NCBI GenBank assembly: GCA_030141605.1
Contig: JAQGDQ010000200.1
Span: forward strand, 310,001-374,000
DNA: 64,000 nucleotides
DNA from: Tubiluchus corallicola
Lineage: Eukaryota > Animalia > Priapulida
Direction of reading: 5' to 3'
Shown: one piece after another, positions 38,013 to 51,078 of the stretch
Numbering within the stretch: position 1 is the stretch's first letter
Layout: each line of letters starts with the position of its first letter
Notes under the pieces: model-generated
The model's input: the letters and a program-made list of their open reading frames with translations, nothing else
Databases searched by the model: none
What the model was told of the DNA's origin: nothing
Made by a program: the position numbers and the translations under genes

Positions 38013-40270
38013 ATTTTTTTTACCTGTCTCGCCGTGTGGCTGTGATTCACCTTTAGTTTTTAACAAAACATTCCTTTTCTTGGTGCTTTTCTGAATTTAC
38101 ATTACTGCAGCTATCTCAGAAATAGTTACGACACTGAGGACTTTCATCATTGAACAGCAGATTTCAAGATTTCTTTATCAATCCCTAATGTGTAAAAGGA
38201 TGAAAAAATGTCCTCTTTGTTCAGCAAAAACCATGCGCTCAACTGGTTTCCATGTCAACGAAAACAACATGGCTGCTCATCGGTTGGAAAATGAAGCCAA
38301 TTAGGACATGTCCGGAACTATTAACTACAAATTGGTTTATCCTGCCCATATCCTGTCTTGAAAATTTTCCGAGCAGATTACCCTTGAGCTACAGGATAAA
38401 CAGTTGTTAAATTGCTCAGCGTATACAAATTCAGTTTAGGTTTGGCTTCAGGAAATGTAGTAGGCCTAAGCTTGCCATAATTAATCGTAAATTGTAGCAT
38501 TAACGAGAAATAAACTTATGGCTTTTTGTTAACCCGTTTTTAATGAAAAATAGTTGAATTTCACATGTCTTCAAAGCAACGCTTGTATTCAAGGTGGTAC
38601 AAGAACTGAGATCTAGTTCTCCCTTATATGATTGCCAACCTACTATTAATATACATGGTATCATCTTTTTTCCATAATTTGGCCACTTCCAAGTTCCAAC
38701 ATATCAAGCTAGGTTCATCGTGCTTAGCACCAAAAATTTTATGAATTTGATTTTGTTTTGATTTAAGTTGACATTGTAGAACTACAACTTATATACAAAT
38801 AAAATTACATAGTTACATATTACATTAATACTATATAAGTACGCAGTTAACTGCAAAAATCACTTCGCAAAGTCATTAGACTTTTGTGTTCCTTCCGGGT
38901 GGTGGGAGGGGTAAGCGGAATATAAATGTTCCAATTTGTCCAACACCTCCACATTCTATAGTTAATTGTATTAATATTTGCCTCCGCTATGTAAGTCCTC
39001 TATTTTGTTATGATACATACACTTAGACTACATAGTACGATTCTTTGTGTTTCGCTTGTGTATGTTCAGCGACTGAAGTGGAGAATGTCGGGCCTGGGTC
39101 AACTGATAAGTGATCACCGGGTCTACTCGTTTTTGTAGGTTTATCCGCCACACTGCCCGTCCAAAAGTGATCAACAGACCTCTGCTAGAACAGTGGTTCT
39201 CTTAGACTTACAGGTTGTTTTTGAGGATGAGGTAGATTCCAGTCCCGCCATACTCATCTGCATTTGGCAGACCTTGCCGGTGAGAGCTGGTAAAAAGCTT
39301 GTAGAGCGCCTAAATATATAAAAAAATCATTCAACACTAGTTGTGTTAGTAGGCATACCATGATTTCCCTACTATGAATGCACTCAACTCAAATGAATAC
39401 GTTAATTATCCAGCCTGTTACATAAATTCGTGCATGCATTGTGGCACGTACACACCCAGGCACGTAGGCACCCAAACACGCACGCACGCACAACACATGA
39501 AAAAATCCTTAACTGATAATGGTCACGTGATTGTGGTATGTGTAGTTGCGCCGCGATTAAAACTTATTAAAGAAGCCAATGTTTACTCAATTTACTATGT
39601 TAACAATATGTACTTAAAAAACACAAGCGCATAGACCACCCTAAGGATTCTAAAAAACTGCGTATCTTTCTGTGTCCCATCTGCAAACTTTTCCAAATCT
39701 TAAGTTGATTGTTTCTATTCTGACGTAATGATAGATGACCGTAGTTATTTTCTGTTTAAAACAAGCTCTTTTAATCAACGTTCAACGTTTGAAACATTGC
39801 AATTCGTTCATCCGCGAAATTACTACTCAACGTTGACAGTGTTGTCATACTCTTTAACCAAACACAGACAACATTCTTTCGCCAACTCGCAGTTTTCATG
39901 ATGTCGCGTCTGTGGGATCACCTCCGTGGATGGAGCTTTGCTTGTAGCGCAAGTGAGTAAAACCACCATTGTTGCTCTAGGTCTCCGAAGACGTTAAAAT
40001 ACACGTATCAACAAAACTCTTTAACCAAAGCATTACGTAAAGCTCTTGAAACGACAAAAAAACCGAGAGCGGATCAACTATTGATGGATATAGATATACT
40101 GCAAAAATATTTAGAAGATACAACTCTAGATTTGAGGGATGATGCATCGGCGATCAGGAGTGCATGGCATTAACAGCCATTTTTAGAATGTAAAGGCACG
40201 CATATACGACCAAACGATAATTTTGCTAACAATGTATTAAGAGTAAAATAACCATGGCTCGCTCTGGTGA

Positions 40271-40450
40271 CCGGTAATAAAGTCACAGGAAAGAAGTCAT
40301 GGGAAAAGTCACAATTTTGGTTAGGAAGAAAAGTCACAGGAAAAGAGTCACAAAATTTTGACCAGGGTTAGAGCTAGGGTTAGGTGTTAGGGTTGGGTGA
40401 AAGTTATTTCTTTTTTCGTGTGCCTTTTATCCTGGGACTTTTTATCTGCA
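40271..40450. mobile_element. Small non-autonomous element with AAAGTCACA subrepeats and a TTAGGG-like core
   Basis: Several AAAGTCAC(A)-like copies on the left, degenerate GGGTTA units at 40364-40398, and inverted GTGCCTTTT/GGGACTTTT on the right. Confidence 0.5.
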
Positions 40451-41365
40451 ACTATTACTTGCATTCGTTATTCTATGTCTCTTTAGACGCAAAAATATCA
40501 ACAATATTGCGTTTTTTTTCTTACACGGTATGCCTTTTTAAGAAAGCGGAATTTTTTGGATTAATATTTGCAACTTTTACCATTACTAATTAGGATTTAA
40601 TTGAAGTGAGGCTGTAACCGACGTTATCAATTCAATAGTTAAATATTAACTCTAATCCAAAATCATAAAGTGTTGTTGTTGTTGTTGTAACTATAAAGTA
40701 TACAGCGGTTTTCTTCTGTGCAGTCAACGTAACTTGCACCTATTTGCAAGTTACACATTAGCGCAATCGAAGCAAATGTTCTCTCGAAATTTTCAGCAGA
40801 AAATGTCGATGATTTTTCCCCCAATTTCATCGAGTGACTTCAGCTGCCTGCGGGTTTTTCCATCTTCAGTCATCACTGCTTCGAGAAGTAATCAATGAAA
40901 GTTTGTTGAATGTTTCAATCATCCTAGTTTGTATTTGTAATTAAATGCTTCCTGAACTAACATGGCGTGGGACCGCAAGAAAATACACGTCTGTGTATTC
41001 AAGGTTTGTCTTTATGAATTTTGACAGTTTTTTATTCTGCGTCATGATGATAGCGGACATGTTGTCTTCCACTCCTTTTAGTTTGATTGTGTGTATTCAG
41101 CCAGAAGCAAAAGAGGTTAACATGTAAGAGTGGATAGAGTAAAGCCTAGTAAAATGCCAATAGAAAGGCAGGTTGATCAGGAGAACAGGGAGACAGGAGG
41201 AAGAAATAGATAAAGGAAAAGAGAAGAATGAAGAAAAAATGAAAACGAAATCGAAAATGTGCAAGGAAATAAATGGAAAAGAAAGCAAAAGGCAGAATAT
41301 CAAAAAGGATAAAAAAGGAAATCAAAGCAAGAAAAGAAAAATGAAGCAAAAAAGTGATGCACAGC

Positions 41366-41605
41366 GAAGTGAAGTGAAGTGAAGCGAAGGACGTTAAGTG
41401 AAGTAAAGTCTAATGAAGTGACGTGGTGAAGTGAAGTGATCGGGAGATGATAAGATAAGACGGAAGGGGACAGGCCAGGAAGGACACGAGAAGGCAGGTG
41501 AGGACAGGACAAGACACGTCCAGGAAGGCGGGACAGGACAGAGTAGGATAGCAGAGAGAGGACGGGTCAGGATAAGAGAATTAGAACAGGGTAGGACCAG
41601 GACAC
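41366..41605. repeat. Degenerate purine-rich pentamer array (GAAGT/GATAA/GACAG)
   Basis: 5-bp periodicity visible, flanked by A/G-rich low-complexity sequence. Confidence 0.8.
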
Positions 41606-43502
41606 GAAGAAAGAAGAAAACAGACAAGAAAAATAGAGGTGAGAGGGGAGAGAGAAATGAAAAACGATAGTAATTCGAAGATAATATCAGCGAACTTTCC
41701 TTCCCTAACCTCTGGTGGCAAAAGCTGTAAAAGAAATTAATAGGGCCAGCATAATTCTCACCCTGTACCAGAGAATTAGAGCATTACAAATACATTAGTA
41801 CTTATTTATGCTTTGTCGGTCACATACAGAGGTCTCTAAATGTCAAAATGCTATAGTTCCACAATAACTTGCCACAACATATTAATGTTAGAACAAATGT
41901 AGGCAAATGACTGGCAAAGTTTTACAAAATTGAATAAAGTAAGACAGTCTAACAGACGTGGCTTCAAGCGTATCTATAAATTAGAACCCCCCAACTTTTA
42001 AGCACACTGTAATAAATAGCTAAAGTTAAACAGTTCAAAAGAAGCACTTGTTCTAAAATAAACTCGATAAAGACAGTTGTCGTATAACGCGAACTTGATT
42101 TAGAATATTTTGGACAGAGAAGCAGATGTTCTGCACACCAGATTCTGATGCAACTATAAAAGTAAACTGTTTGGCGCTAATCGCAAAGTTGGTGCGAGTT
42201 TATAAGTGATTTCCCTTCCGAATGTAAGAAAAACCCTTGACAACTGACATTTCCACCTCTTATGCAAGTATATAAACGCACTCGAATTAGTAGACCTGCC
42301 AAAGTTTCCATTTTTTCTGCCGATATTATATTAAACACATTGAGTGACAGAGCTTAGAGCATTGATTTTTTGTATATTAATGTCCCTGGACTTTGATACG
42401 TTAAAATGACTTTAAAAGTTGAAACGTATGTGGTAAAACTAACTTTCAAAAAGAGACTAGTCAAACTGGTAAACATCTTTCATGATGCACCTGGAACACG
42501 TTCTACGTGTGTTGTTGATCTTTGCGTTCTGAATGAGTTCTCCATCTCTTCTTGTTTAGCTTTCTCCTAAGTTATCGCGTCAGTCGAAACTAGCTTCGAC
42601 TGCCTCATTTGCACGCGAAGATTCTACTCGCCAACTTATACGCTAAGTGAGAGAATTCTTGAGAAGCCATTTATGACTGGAACATTACATCTCTAGCTAA
42701 CCAAGCTGAGACAGAGAGTAATAAGCGCAAGGGTATGGTTAATTGGCTTCTATTGAGTCCATCACGGTCTTACACAAATGTGTCAATTAGTGTTATATCA
42801 GCATGGTCAGGCGGTTCTGCAGGAGCGGTGGGATGAAAGGACAATGGTACTCTTCAGCATCCACACACGTACAGCGTGGCGTAACGGACTTTACATTTGA
42901 AGTTTTTAATTTTTTGTTTTATTTTAGTACAATAGGCCTGCATTTAGAGCAGGTAACCTCACCTCTTAATTTACTGATGCCTCCTGTACGAAAATAAGGC
43001 AGTTAAAGGGTAAGTTTTTAGAGGCAGATAGAGAGTAGGAGGGAAAAGTTGAAAACAAAAAGATGGGGCCAGTTGTGAAAATCATAAAGAATTGGGCAGC
43101 CAATCTTACGCAGCACAGACCTGGGTATACAAAACCTTTATTCGGTGGGTCATTCAAAGTCAAAGATAATTCTGGGAAGTTTGACACTGTGTGAATGTGT
43201 GATAAACAGAGCCCTAGTCTCACTCACGTATAGAATCTATTCTAGCAAAGAGAATTGGTTATTTCAGGTAAAGGGTTGAGACTAAAAAACTAAGATGTAA
43301 ATGGGCGATTAATTCTGCAAACTGCGAATTTTTGTAAACTGCAACGAAACCTATTTTGAAAAAAATAAAAAATATTTATAACAGCAAATACAAACAATAC
43401 ATTAATAATAATAATTTGTGAAAGGTTGTTGTAAGAGAAAGTAGGTTCCAGTGCTTTCTAGTTTGTCTCATGTAGATGACTACCATAACTGACAATATTA
43501 TT

Positions 43503-43560
43503 GCGGAGGTGACCAAGAGGTCTACGGCCAGGGTTCAAATCTGGATCAGTCAAACTATAT
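43503..43560 (+). mobile_element. tRNA-derived SINE head fragment
   Basis: A-box-like TGACCAAGAGG and B-box GGTTCAAATC; no cloverleaf. Confidence 0.35.
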
Positions 43561-46500
43561 TGCAGAAATCGACGCAGAAACGTAGAAAGTTTAAACGTAA
43601 AGTGAGAACTAGCCAGAATCGTATCCTCATTCCTCACTCTGATCATAACCTTCGGAACAGGTGTTTAGATGGTAAACACACCTATCCGTCTGCCGACTGA
43701 ACCGAGGAGGCCATTGTATACCAGATACTTACAGCTGCTATGCAATGCTGATATCCAATGGCTTCGAAATGGACCGAACCATCACAATGAAAGGAGGAGG
43801 TCGAAAATAAATAACATTTCGCCCCCATAACAATATCATTTTATAACTATATGAATTCAATTGAAAAACCAAATTGTAAATTTCGGGAAAACTGTGGAAA
43901 TATAGGTTACAACAGCTACATCATCGTGGCTTAACAAAAGGTAAACATAGGTAAACACTTGAACATAGGTAAACACTTGAACCTGTGAACAATTGAAAAG
44001 CTCTGAAAACTATTCTCAGGCACTAACAATGATTCTTAGAGCAGATATATCTAAAACACGCTTACTGAATAGACTATGAAGAACGGTCAAATAGAATTTT
44101 TTAATTGATTTTTTTAATTGCTTATATTAAACATTTTAAGCACTTCAGGGATGTTCAACCAAAGTTTTATCGCATTGCATTTGCTTGTTTGTTGAAAGAT
44201 ATTAGTCGAGCACCGTGGCATAAATTAATTAGCAAACACAAATGCGATATAGTGATCATATGTGAGCATTGCACTGCGGTCTGTGGCGATTTTACTGGAG
44301 AACTGGAGTAAAATATTCAGAAATATCCATATCATTTGTGTGATGAAGATTGTACCTAAAAGTGATACTCATGCATTTTTATAGTGAGCAGTAATCTAAC
44401 GTTAAACGGTCAAACGCAGGTGTCTATTTGACCTTGAACAATGAGTAAACCTGTTCTCCTAAAGTTACACTTCAGAAATGACATTGTAGTGACATTTTGT
44501 AATTATAAATATTAACTGACTTCGTTAAATACACTTTTTGTCATCAATTTCAAAGTCGGATGTTAAAAGATTGACGATATCCAACGAAAATACGACATAA
44601 TGTAAACTGAATACGGTAGTAAAAGCAACAAACAACGACGTTGATGCAAATAATATCCCACAAAAAAGGATTTTGTACGTAATCGTGTTTGTTAGATCTG
44701 AGGTTTGACCTCTCTAGTCTCACGACCATTAGTCAAAGAAATCATTAATAATCAGTATCTATCGTCAGGGAATTTTTGAGATTATGCGTTCTTCGTTGCC
44801 TGATAATAAGTTGATAACTACTAGAAAATAGTAGAAACGTCAAATTTAAAAAAAAGCTGAACGAAAATTCATCTATTGTTTAACATTCATACAAACAATA
44901 TATTAGCGGTTTCAAAAGAACGTGATTTAACAACCGCCATCATATCGAAACGTTGGACTTACATTAAAGCATGCACGAGCGAGCAGGTCAACAGAAACTG
45001 ATGCCGGCTTAATTACATTACATAACCATCCATCTATTAGCAACGATTGGGTAGTTCTGCGAACATGAGATTCTGGACAATAATGCTTAACTTAATAAGG
45101 CAAGATTATCGAAGTTTTTTAAATAAAACTGACCGACTAACAAACGTATCACAAAGGCTCATTTTTGCGAAAACTTCACTACAATTAATTCTACATTACT
45201 AGTACGTTTCAACAACATATAACAGAAATACATAAATCAATTTACTATACATGCAACAACAACATACTATGCTAATTAAAACAGTCACATTAAGTCAAGA
45301 ATACTCTTTAAAAACTGAACAATGTAAAGGCTCTGTAACAATGACTCTGTAACAAACACTACAAAGCAAAGTCTTATAAATTAAGAAAAACAAAAAATTA
45401 TGTCCAAGTTCAATTCAATTCATTTCATTTCACAACAAAATATGTGCAATCCAAGAAACACGTGACGCAGCACAAAGAATATGTTAACAAGTCATCAAAA
45501 TCTGACCAGCAGATTTTGCGAGACAAGTATTCATCGTGGTGAGAAAGGAGTGACAGGCAACCGCTTTCAAGCCCTTCCCTATAGCGGATAGCCGTCAAAA
45601 CTTTAACTGTTGTGGGTTATTTGACAAAATGATACATAATAGGATAAATTTGCTGTGTCATTATGGCCATTAATAAGCCACTGCATTGATTACCATTATA
45701 ATTTACTAATAAAGTTGTTTTTGTATTTAACTACAAGTTCTTAGGCCTACTGTTCTGCGTAAATGCAAAGCGGTTCTTTGATTTTATCTGGTCTGTTGTA
45801 CTTTTAATTTCTCAAATTTGGTCAAATTAAATGACTCCAATAACTGTCCACTTGCTACATCAAACTTAGTAACAAGAGCATTTCCGATACAATCTATGAA
45901 TTCAATTTCGCAAATTTTTCTTTCATCTTTCTCAATCGCATTTCTGTATCATCTCAAGGGAATCGACTAGTTTTGGTAACTCTTTCCCTGCGCACTCAGC
46001 AGCTTAATGACATTACGCTTAAGATTGGTTTTCATTTTGGTGTTGAACTGTTTGTGGATTGCGGCAGTTATCACGGCAAATTGCTGAATGCTAACAAAAA
46101 CTGAGTTTGTTGTTCAATGGTCATTGTACCGCCATTATTGTACTAGGCCTATATTCTATTATACTAATACTGTAAACAGCTAAGGCATAAAATCTGTTAT
46201 TATTGGAATGCCACTACAACTAGATCATTGAATAAGGATTGTAATGACTAGAATGCTTCTTCGGGTTGTGAGTGTAACTGAACGCTCCACATAATGCCCA
46301 ACACGCTCTTTTTAACATTGGGATATATGTCCTGCACTCCCTGCAGAGCAAGCCCTCTCTCTTACTCCAGCCAAGATTGGTATTTTTATTATAATATTAT
46401 AGCTGGCAGTTTACACTTTCAGGTTTTCATATTCATCGCATATTTCATAATCATATTGATAAAATTAATATTGGCGATCAGGAGACATAGCAAATCTTAA

Positions 46501-48224
46501 TAACGCCTCGTAATGTAAAAAACGCTTAGAAAAGCAATGGTTGAAGCATGTAAATACAGTATTAAAGTGTAGTCAGATGGCCTCAAACTGTCCTGAATTG
46601 CTACAATATGCGTTAGTGGACCCTACTGGAGGAGCTTACCGCAAACCCCAACCTGTTTTTTTAACCATTGGTAAAATATCCTCTCCAGCTACAATTTAAA
46701 AATGGCACTGGCACCCCAACGGCTATTCTGCCATATGAGTGTACATGTGTTGCAGTAATTTCTACAAGCAGGACAAAACCTCTGACTACACGCCTTCAAA
46801 CTTGTCTAGAATACGTCTAATGATATAAAGGGCAAAAATGTTTAGTTGGGGGAGGGCGAGTATTAGCGAGCTTAATATATCGTGGGTAATTTAATGGGAC
46901 ATCTATATGACATTGCAGTCGTTTTAAGCATTGGTGATAGGAATGCCCTATAGTTAATTTCCGAAACACGAAGCACCTTATGCAACTACTGATTACCAAA
47001 CACTCTTAGCATGCCATTAAACTTCTTGTCACCAGAATGGCAAAATATTAGAGTAGTTTTCCAAGACTTGACCGCAGGCACAAATTCTTCTAAAACTTTC
47101 TGGTGCGTCTGTTTTCTTCTGTCCTGCTTCATTTGGTCTGTTTTTCTATTCTTGTAATTTTGTTATTAATTTTTTGCTCTTAACGATTTTATTATTTCAT
47201 TTGCTTCTTCGTTCCAAAAGCTCGTTTTTTGCTTTTTTTGCTTAACACCAAAACCAATTAATCGTGTTTATATGAAACTTTTTCTACGCAACTTTCGTTC
47301 CACAATTTGATCTATAGTTACTAAAATGAATTATTTATTGCTATGCGTGTCAATTTGCAATTGTTTTCATAGCAACTATGTTTGCGGGTGACAGGAAATT
47401 TGCAACAGCGTGCGCATTCTCTCAAAATGTTTATTAAATTTAATCCCTGTCTCTTTTTACTTAAGTTAATCAACTCAGCTTTGCTCGCCCACGCTTTCCA
47501 ACCCTTGTCTATACCATTCCATAAGTCTCATGCTACTATAATCGATCACTCGGCTCCACTAGGCAATCTCTCATCCTGCCGTCCTATTACTAACATTTTA
47601 TTTCATTACTGACTCTGCTGTCATTCGCCTATTTGCAATCCATTCATACAACTGACCATATATAAACAAGATAACTCATGGAATGCTAATTCTGAGTTAT
47701 GCTGTTGTCTGCAGGTATTGATTTTTTGTTGTTGGTCAAGGAGTAATGGTAATTTGCGCCAGAAGGAAAGACTAGAAACAATTACTTCTAACTGAGACCA
47801 CTAAAAAGAACGATAAAAATTATAATTCTGTTACACTTCTACTTCAAAATTCTCTTTTATTAGAAATTAAATAGAACTCTGTAATCTCCAATAGGAAATT
47901 TTGCAAGCCAAAGAAACATTAGCAACCTATTTCATCCTACCTAACCTTTCGTGCAAATGTATGTCGGCTGGAAAAGAAGATATTTAAAATCACATTCACT
48001 TTTTCAATAGACTTTTATTGAGAAAATGCTTTGGTAGATGCGAAGCTGTATTTACTGGCGGTTTTATTTAATGCTTTCTGTGAATAATGCGTCATTTATG
48101 TATTAACATGTAATATGAGTAAGAATCATGTGAAAATAAATCATACAAGCATATTGTTATACGTACAGTTTCTATTGGGTTTTGGTTTGATCATTTAGGA
48201 GACACTAGACAGATTATATGATAT

Positions 48225-48680
48225 GAATGTACTAGAACAGACTTGACTTAACTTGGCCTAAGCCAACTTGACCTGACATAGCTTGAGCTCGTGACTTGAC
48301 CTTACTTGACATTATTTGGGCTGCACCTCATCAGACCTGTCTATTCTACTATAATTTAATCTGTTCCAAAGTCTTAATAAAACTAAGTCTAGTGAGCTAA
48401 TGTAATCTAGCCAGATACCATCTAACTTGACTTAATCTGGCCTAGCATGTCCTAGCTTATCTAGACTTGACGACCTGATCTGACTTGATCAAACTTACCA
48501 CATGATCACTATATTCTTCTACTGTTCTAAACACAACCAAGACTAGAAAGCTAACTAGCCTGAACAGATTTCACACTGGCTCAGCCTGATTCTGATCCTG
48601 CAATATTCTGATTAACTTGATTAACAGAAGTTTTCTTGGATCGGTTTTTCCTATGTTGACCTGACATGATTTAACCTGAA
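48225..48680. repeat. Old degenerate pentamer array (CTTGA/CCTGA/CTAGA)
   Basis: Recurrent acttg/acctg/actag units just upstream of the first coding exon of copy 2. Confidence 0.7.
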
Positions 48681-48975
48681 ATAATTTGAGGTTTTATGTA
48701 ATGGTTAAGATCTGAATCAACGTACATTAACTTTGCGAGTAGGATTTACAAATTAATCTAATGATCCACGAAGAGATGTTTTAATTTGACCAGTCTAAGA
48801 CGATCGCTATAATCGTGCGATAACCATAAATTTGATAACCATAAATGACCAGACCCTACAACAAACTTACCTAATTGAACGCTACTTTTAAGATTCACTT
48901 AGTTTAAAAAAACTACTGAAAAAAATTATTAAACATCGACTTGTTTTCTTTTCTCCAGAATAAACTACTTGCAAG

Positions 48976-49147
48976 ATGTTTAATATTGTTGGACTCATCG
49001 GTATCATCGTCTTCTATATTGTCATCTTGGGGGTGGGCCTGTGGGCGGCCCGAAAATCCAAACAATCCGGCATGGAGGCTGAGAGTGAAAACGTCATGCT
49101 GGCTGGTAGAAATATCGGACTCCTGGTGGGAATCTTTACCATGACTG
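48976..49147 (+). CDS. SLC5A7: Copy 2 coding exon 1 (acceptor before 48959)
   Basis: ctccag|AAT; [14 protein letters not shown]...[15 protein letters not shown]; donor G|gtaagt. Confidence 0.94.
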
Positions 49148-51038
49148 GTAAGTCTTTTTTACAGATCCACTATAATCCACAGGCAAAAATTATTATGTGT
49201 TATCTTCATGTCATCAGTGTTCGTTTAATCATAGCGTTTGCAGTTATTTTGAACAATGGAATTCTTCTGTTTCCCACTTGCATTTGAGTTTGCTTTAAAA
49301 CTTACTACTGTTATACTTTTAAAAATATCTATAATAATGTGCCTAAATAATCTTGAAAATTAATTGAAAGGGAGTGCGTGCGTGAGTGCGTGTACCAAAG
49401 CAAACTACCAAAGAAGGTAACTACAATAAGAAACGGGGAATTAAAAACACCCTGTCTTTTTCAACTGAAATGTCAACAACATTCAAACTGAAATGTCAAC
49501 TCTCTGTTACATAGAACAACTGCTTCATCAAACATTTTAGTAGCAAGATTCGAAACTGAAACTCTGTGTTTGCTTCTACATTTGTTCTATTATTTCGCCT
49601 CGTCCTTTGAAGATTTTCTAAGCATGCACGGCTGTCTGCAGATGCAAATGCATTTTGTGTTTGTGCAAAAATTAGTCAAATTTGAACTAATTTTCGTGTC
49701 TTACCAGAGACGCAAAATATGATTTGCATTCTTTTGACGCGGGGCATCAAAAGCATTATACTTTGCGTATTATTTTGCTGGTAATTTTTGATACAGCTTA
49801 ACCAAAACCTAGCACTCGACATACTTCATATTTAGCAGTGGCTGTAATTGATTGTGGGGACTTGGATTCTAGCTCTCTCTAAGATGACATCAAGATAACT
49901 CTCGAAGATGAGCCTCTGAATTAGGTCTATTGGCAAAACGATCTTAGTAACTTCTGAATTGCGTATGCGTCCGCCCCAACGAGGTAAACAGTCGGAGAAC
50001 CAATTTTTCTCCCGGTCACCCACCAATTTACTGATCAGGCCTGTGGCTTAAGTTCATACTGTTTCACACTAAGCTCATACTGCTCACGTATTTTCTCCAT
50101 TCTCGGCTAAATATAATTATAATGAATAACCTTTAATTGATGTGAAAGTTTGTTGATGTTATGCTCGTTGGTGAGGTAATGCCATCTATCGACCGAAGCT
50201 TTGACCTCCAAACAGTGATATCTGATGTCGGTCTGGTCCTGTGAACGTAGACAAGGCGAACCGTTAAGAGCGTACCTGCACGTCTGAAAAAACCAGCTTC
50301 ATAATTTACAGAACAATGATTCCTTCACTTATGTCTTCTCCGTTGCATTCAAAGGCTACTCCGCACATATCAGAAGAGGATAGGATTCAATGGACTCGCG
50401 TCAGGTTGTCCGCTCATAGAAACTGGAAAATTGAGGCAGAGACGAAGATATACGCGCGTATGTGACTGTGCGCTGGGTGCTACTGAGGCTGTTCGGATAA
50501 AGAGCACATGCTATCTCACAGTGATAAAGCTGCATTTGTCAGAAACAAGACTGTTTTTAACGATATTAACAAGAAGTCTCTGTATAATATTTTCACTCAC
50601 CAGGACACTAAGCTAGTCAGTAATTTTGTGTCTTATTGTTTCTAGTTATTTTAACTGTTACAAGATATCAATTTGAGCATTGTTCTTGTTGGACTAATTT
50701 CTTCTTTGTTAAGTTCTTACCCTGTGTATTTGTAACCGTTAATCAATAAATTCTAATCTAATCTAATCGAGGAAATTCATCACCCGGTTTCAGTTGGCGT
50801 GTTATAGGGCACAATTTGCATATTCCTTATCAAAATTTAAATTCATCGCTTCCACATCGAAACGCGAAAGTGTCCTTAACCACAGTATTTGCTTTATAGA
50901 AATCTCTCTCAAGTTACATCCTCGCGGTGGGCCCGATTCGAAAAATAAACCCCCAATGGCACGACACTAGATCGAGACCTTTCGTTTGATGTATAGATCG
51001 CCACAAATGATGCCGTCGTCGAAGCTGTAGCCTCGAAT

Positions 51039-51078
<40 letters not shown>

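Noticed and set aside
43020-43195. Short protein-like frame (MGPVVKIIKNWAANLTQHRPG...)
   Set aside because: Under 60 aa, flanked by stops, no recognisable family or convincing splice sites.
50240-50760. Gypsy-like integrase tail ([14 protein letters not shown]) followed by LTR-like sequence
   Set aside because: Too short and degenerate; no paired LTR, polypurine tract or TSD could be delimited.
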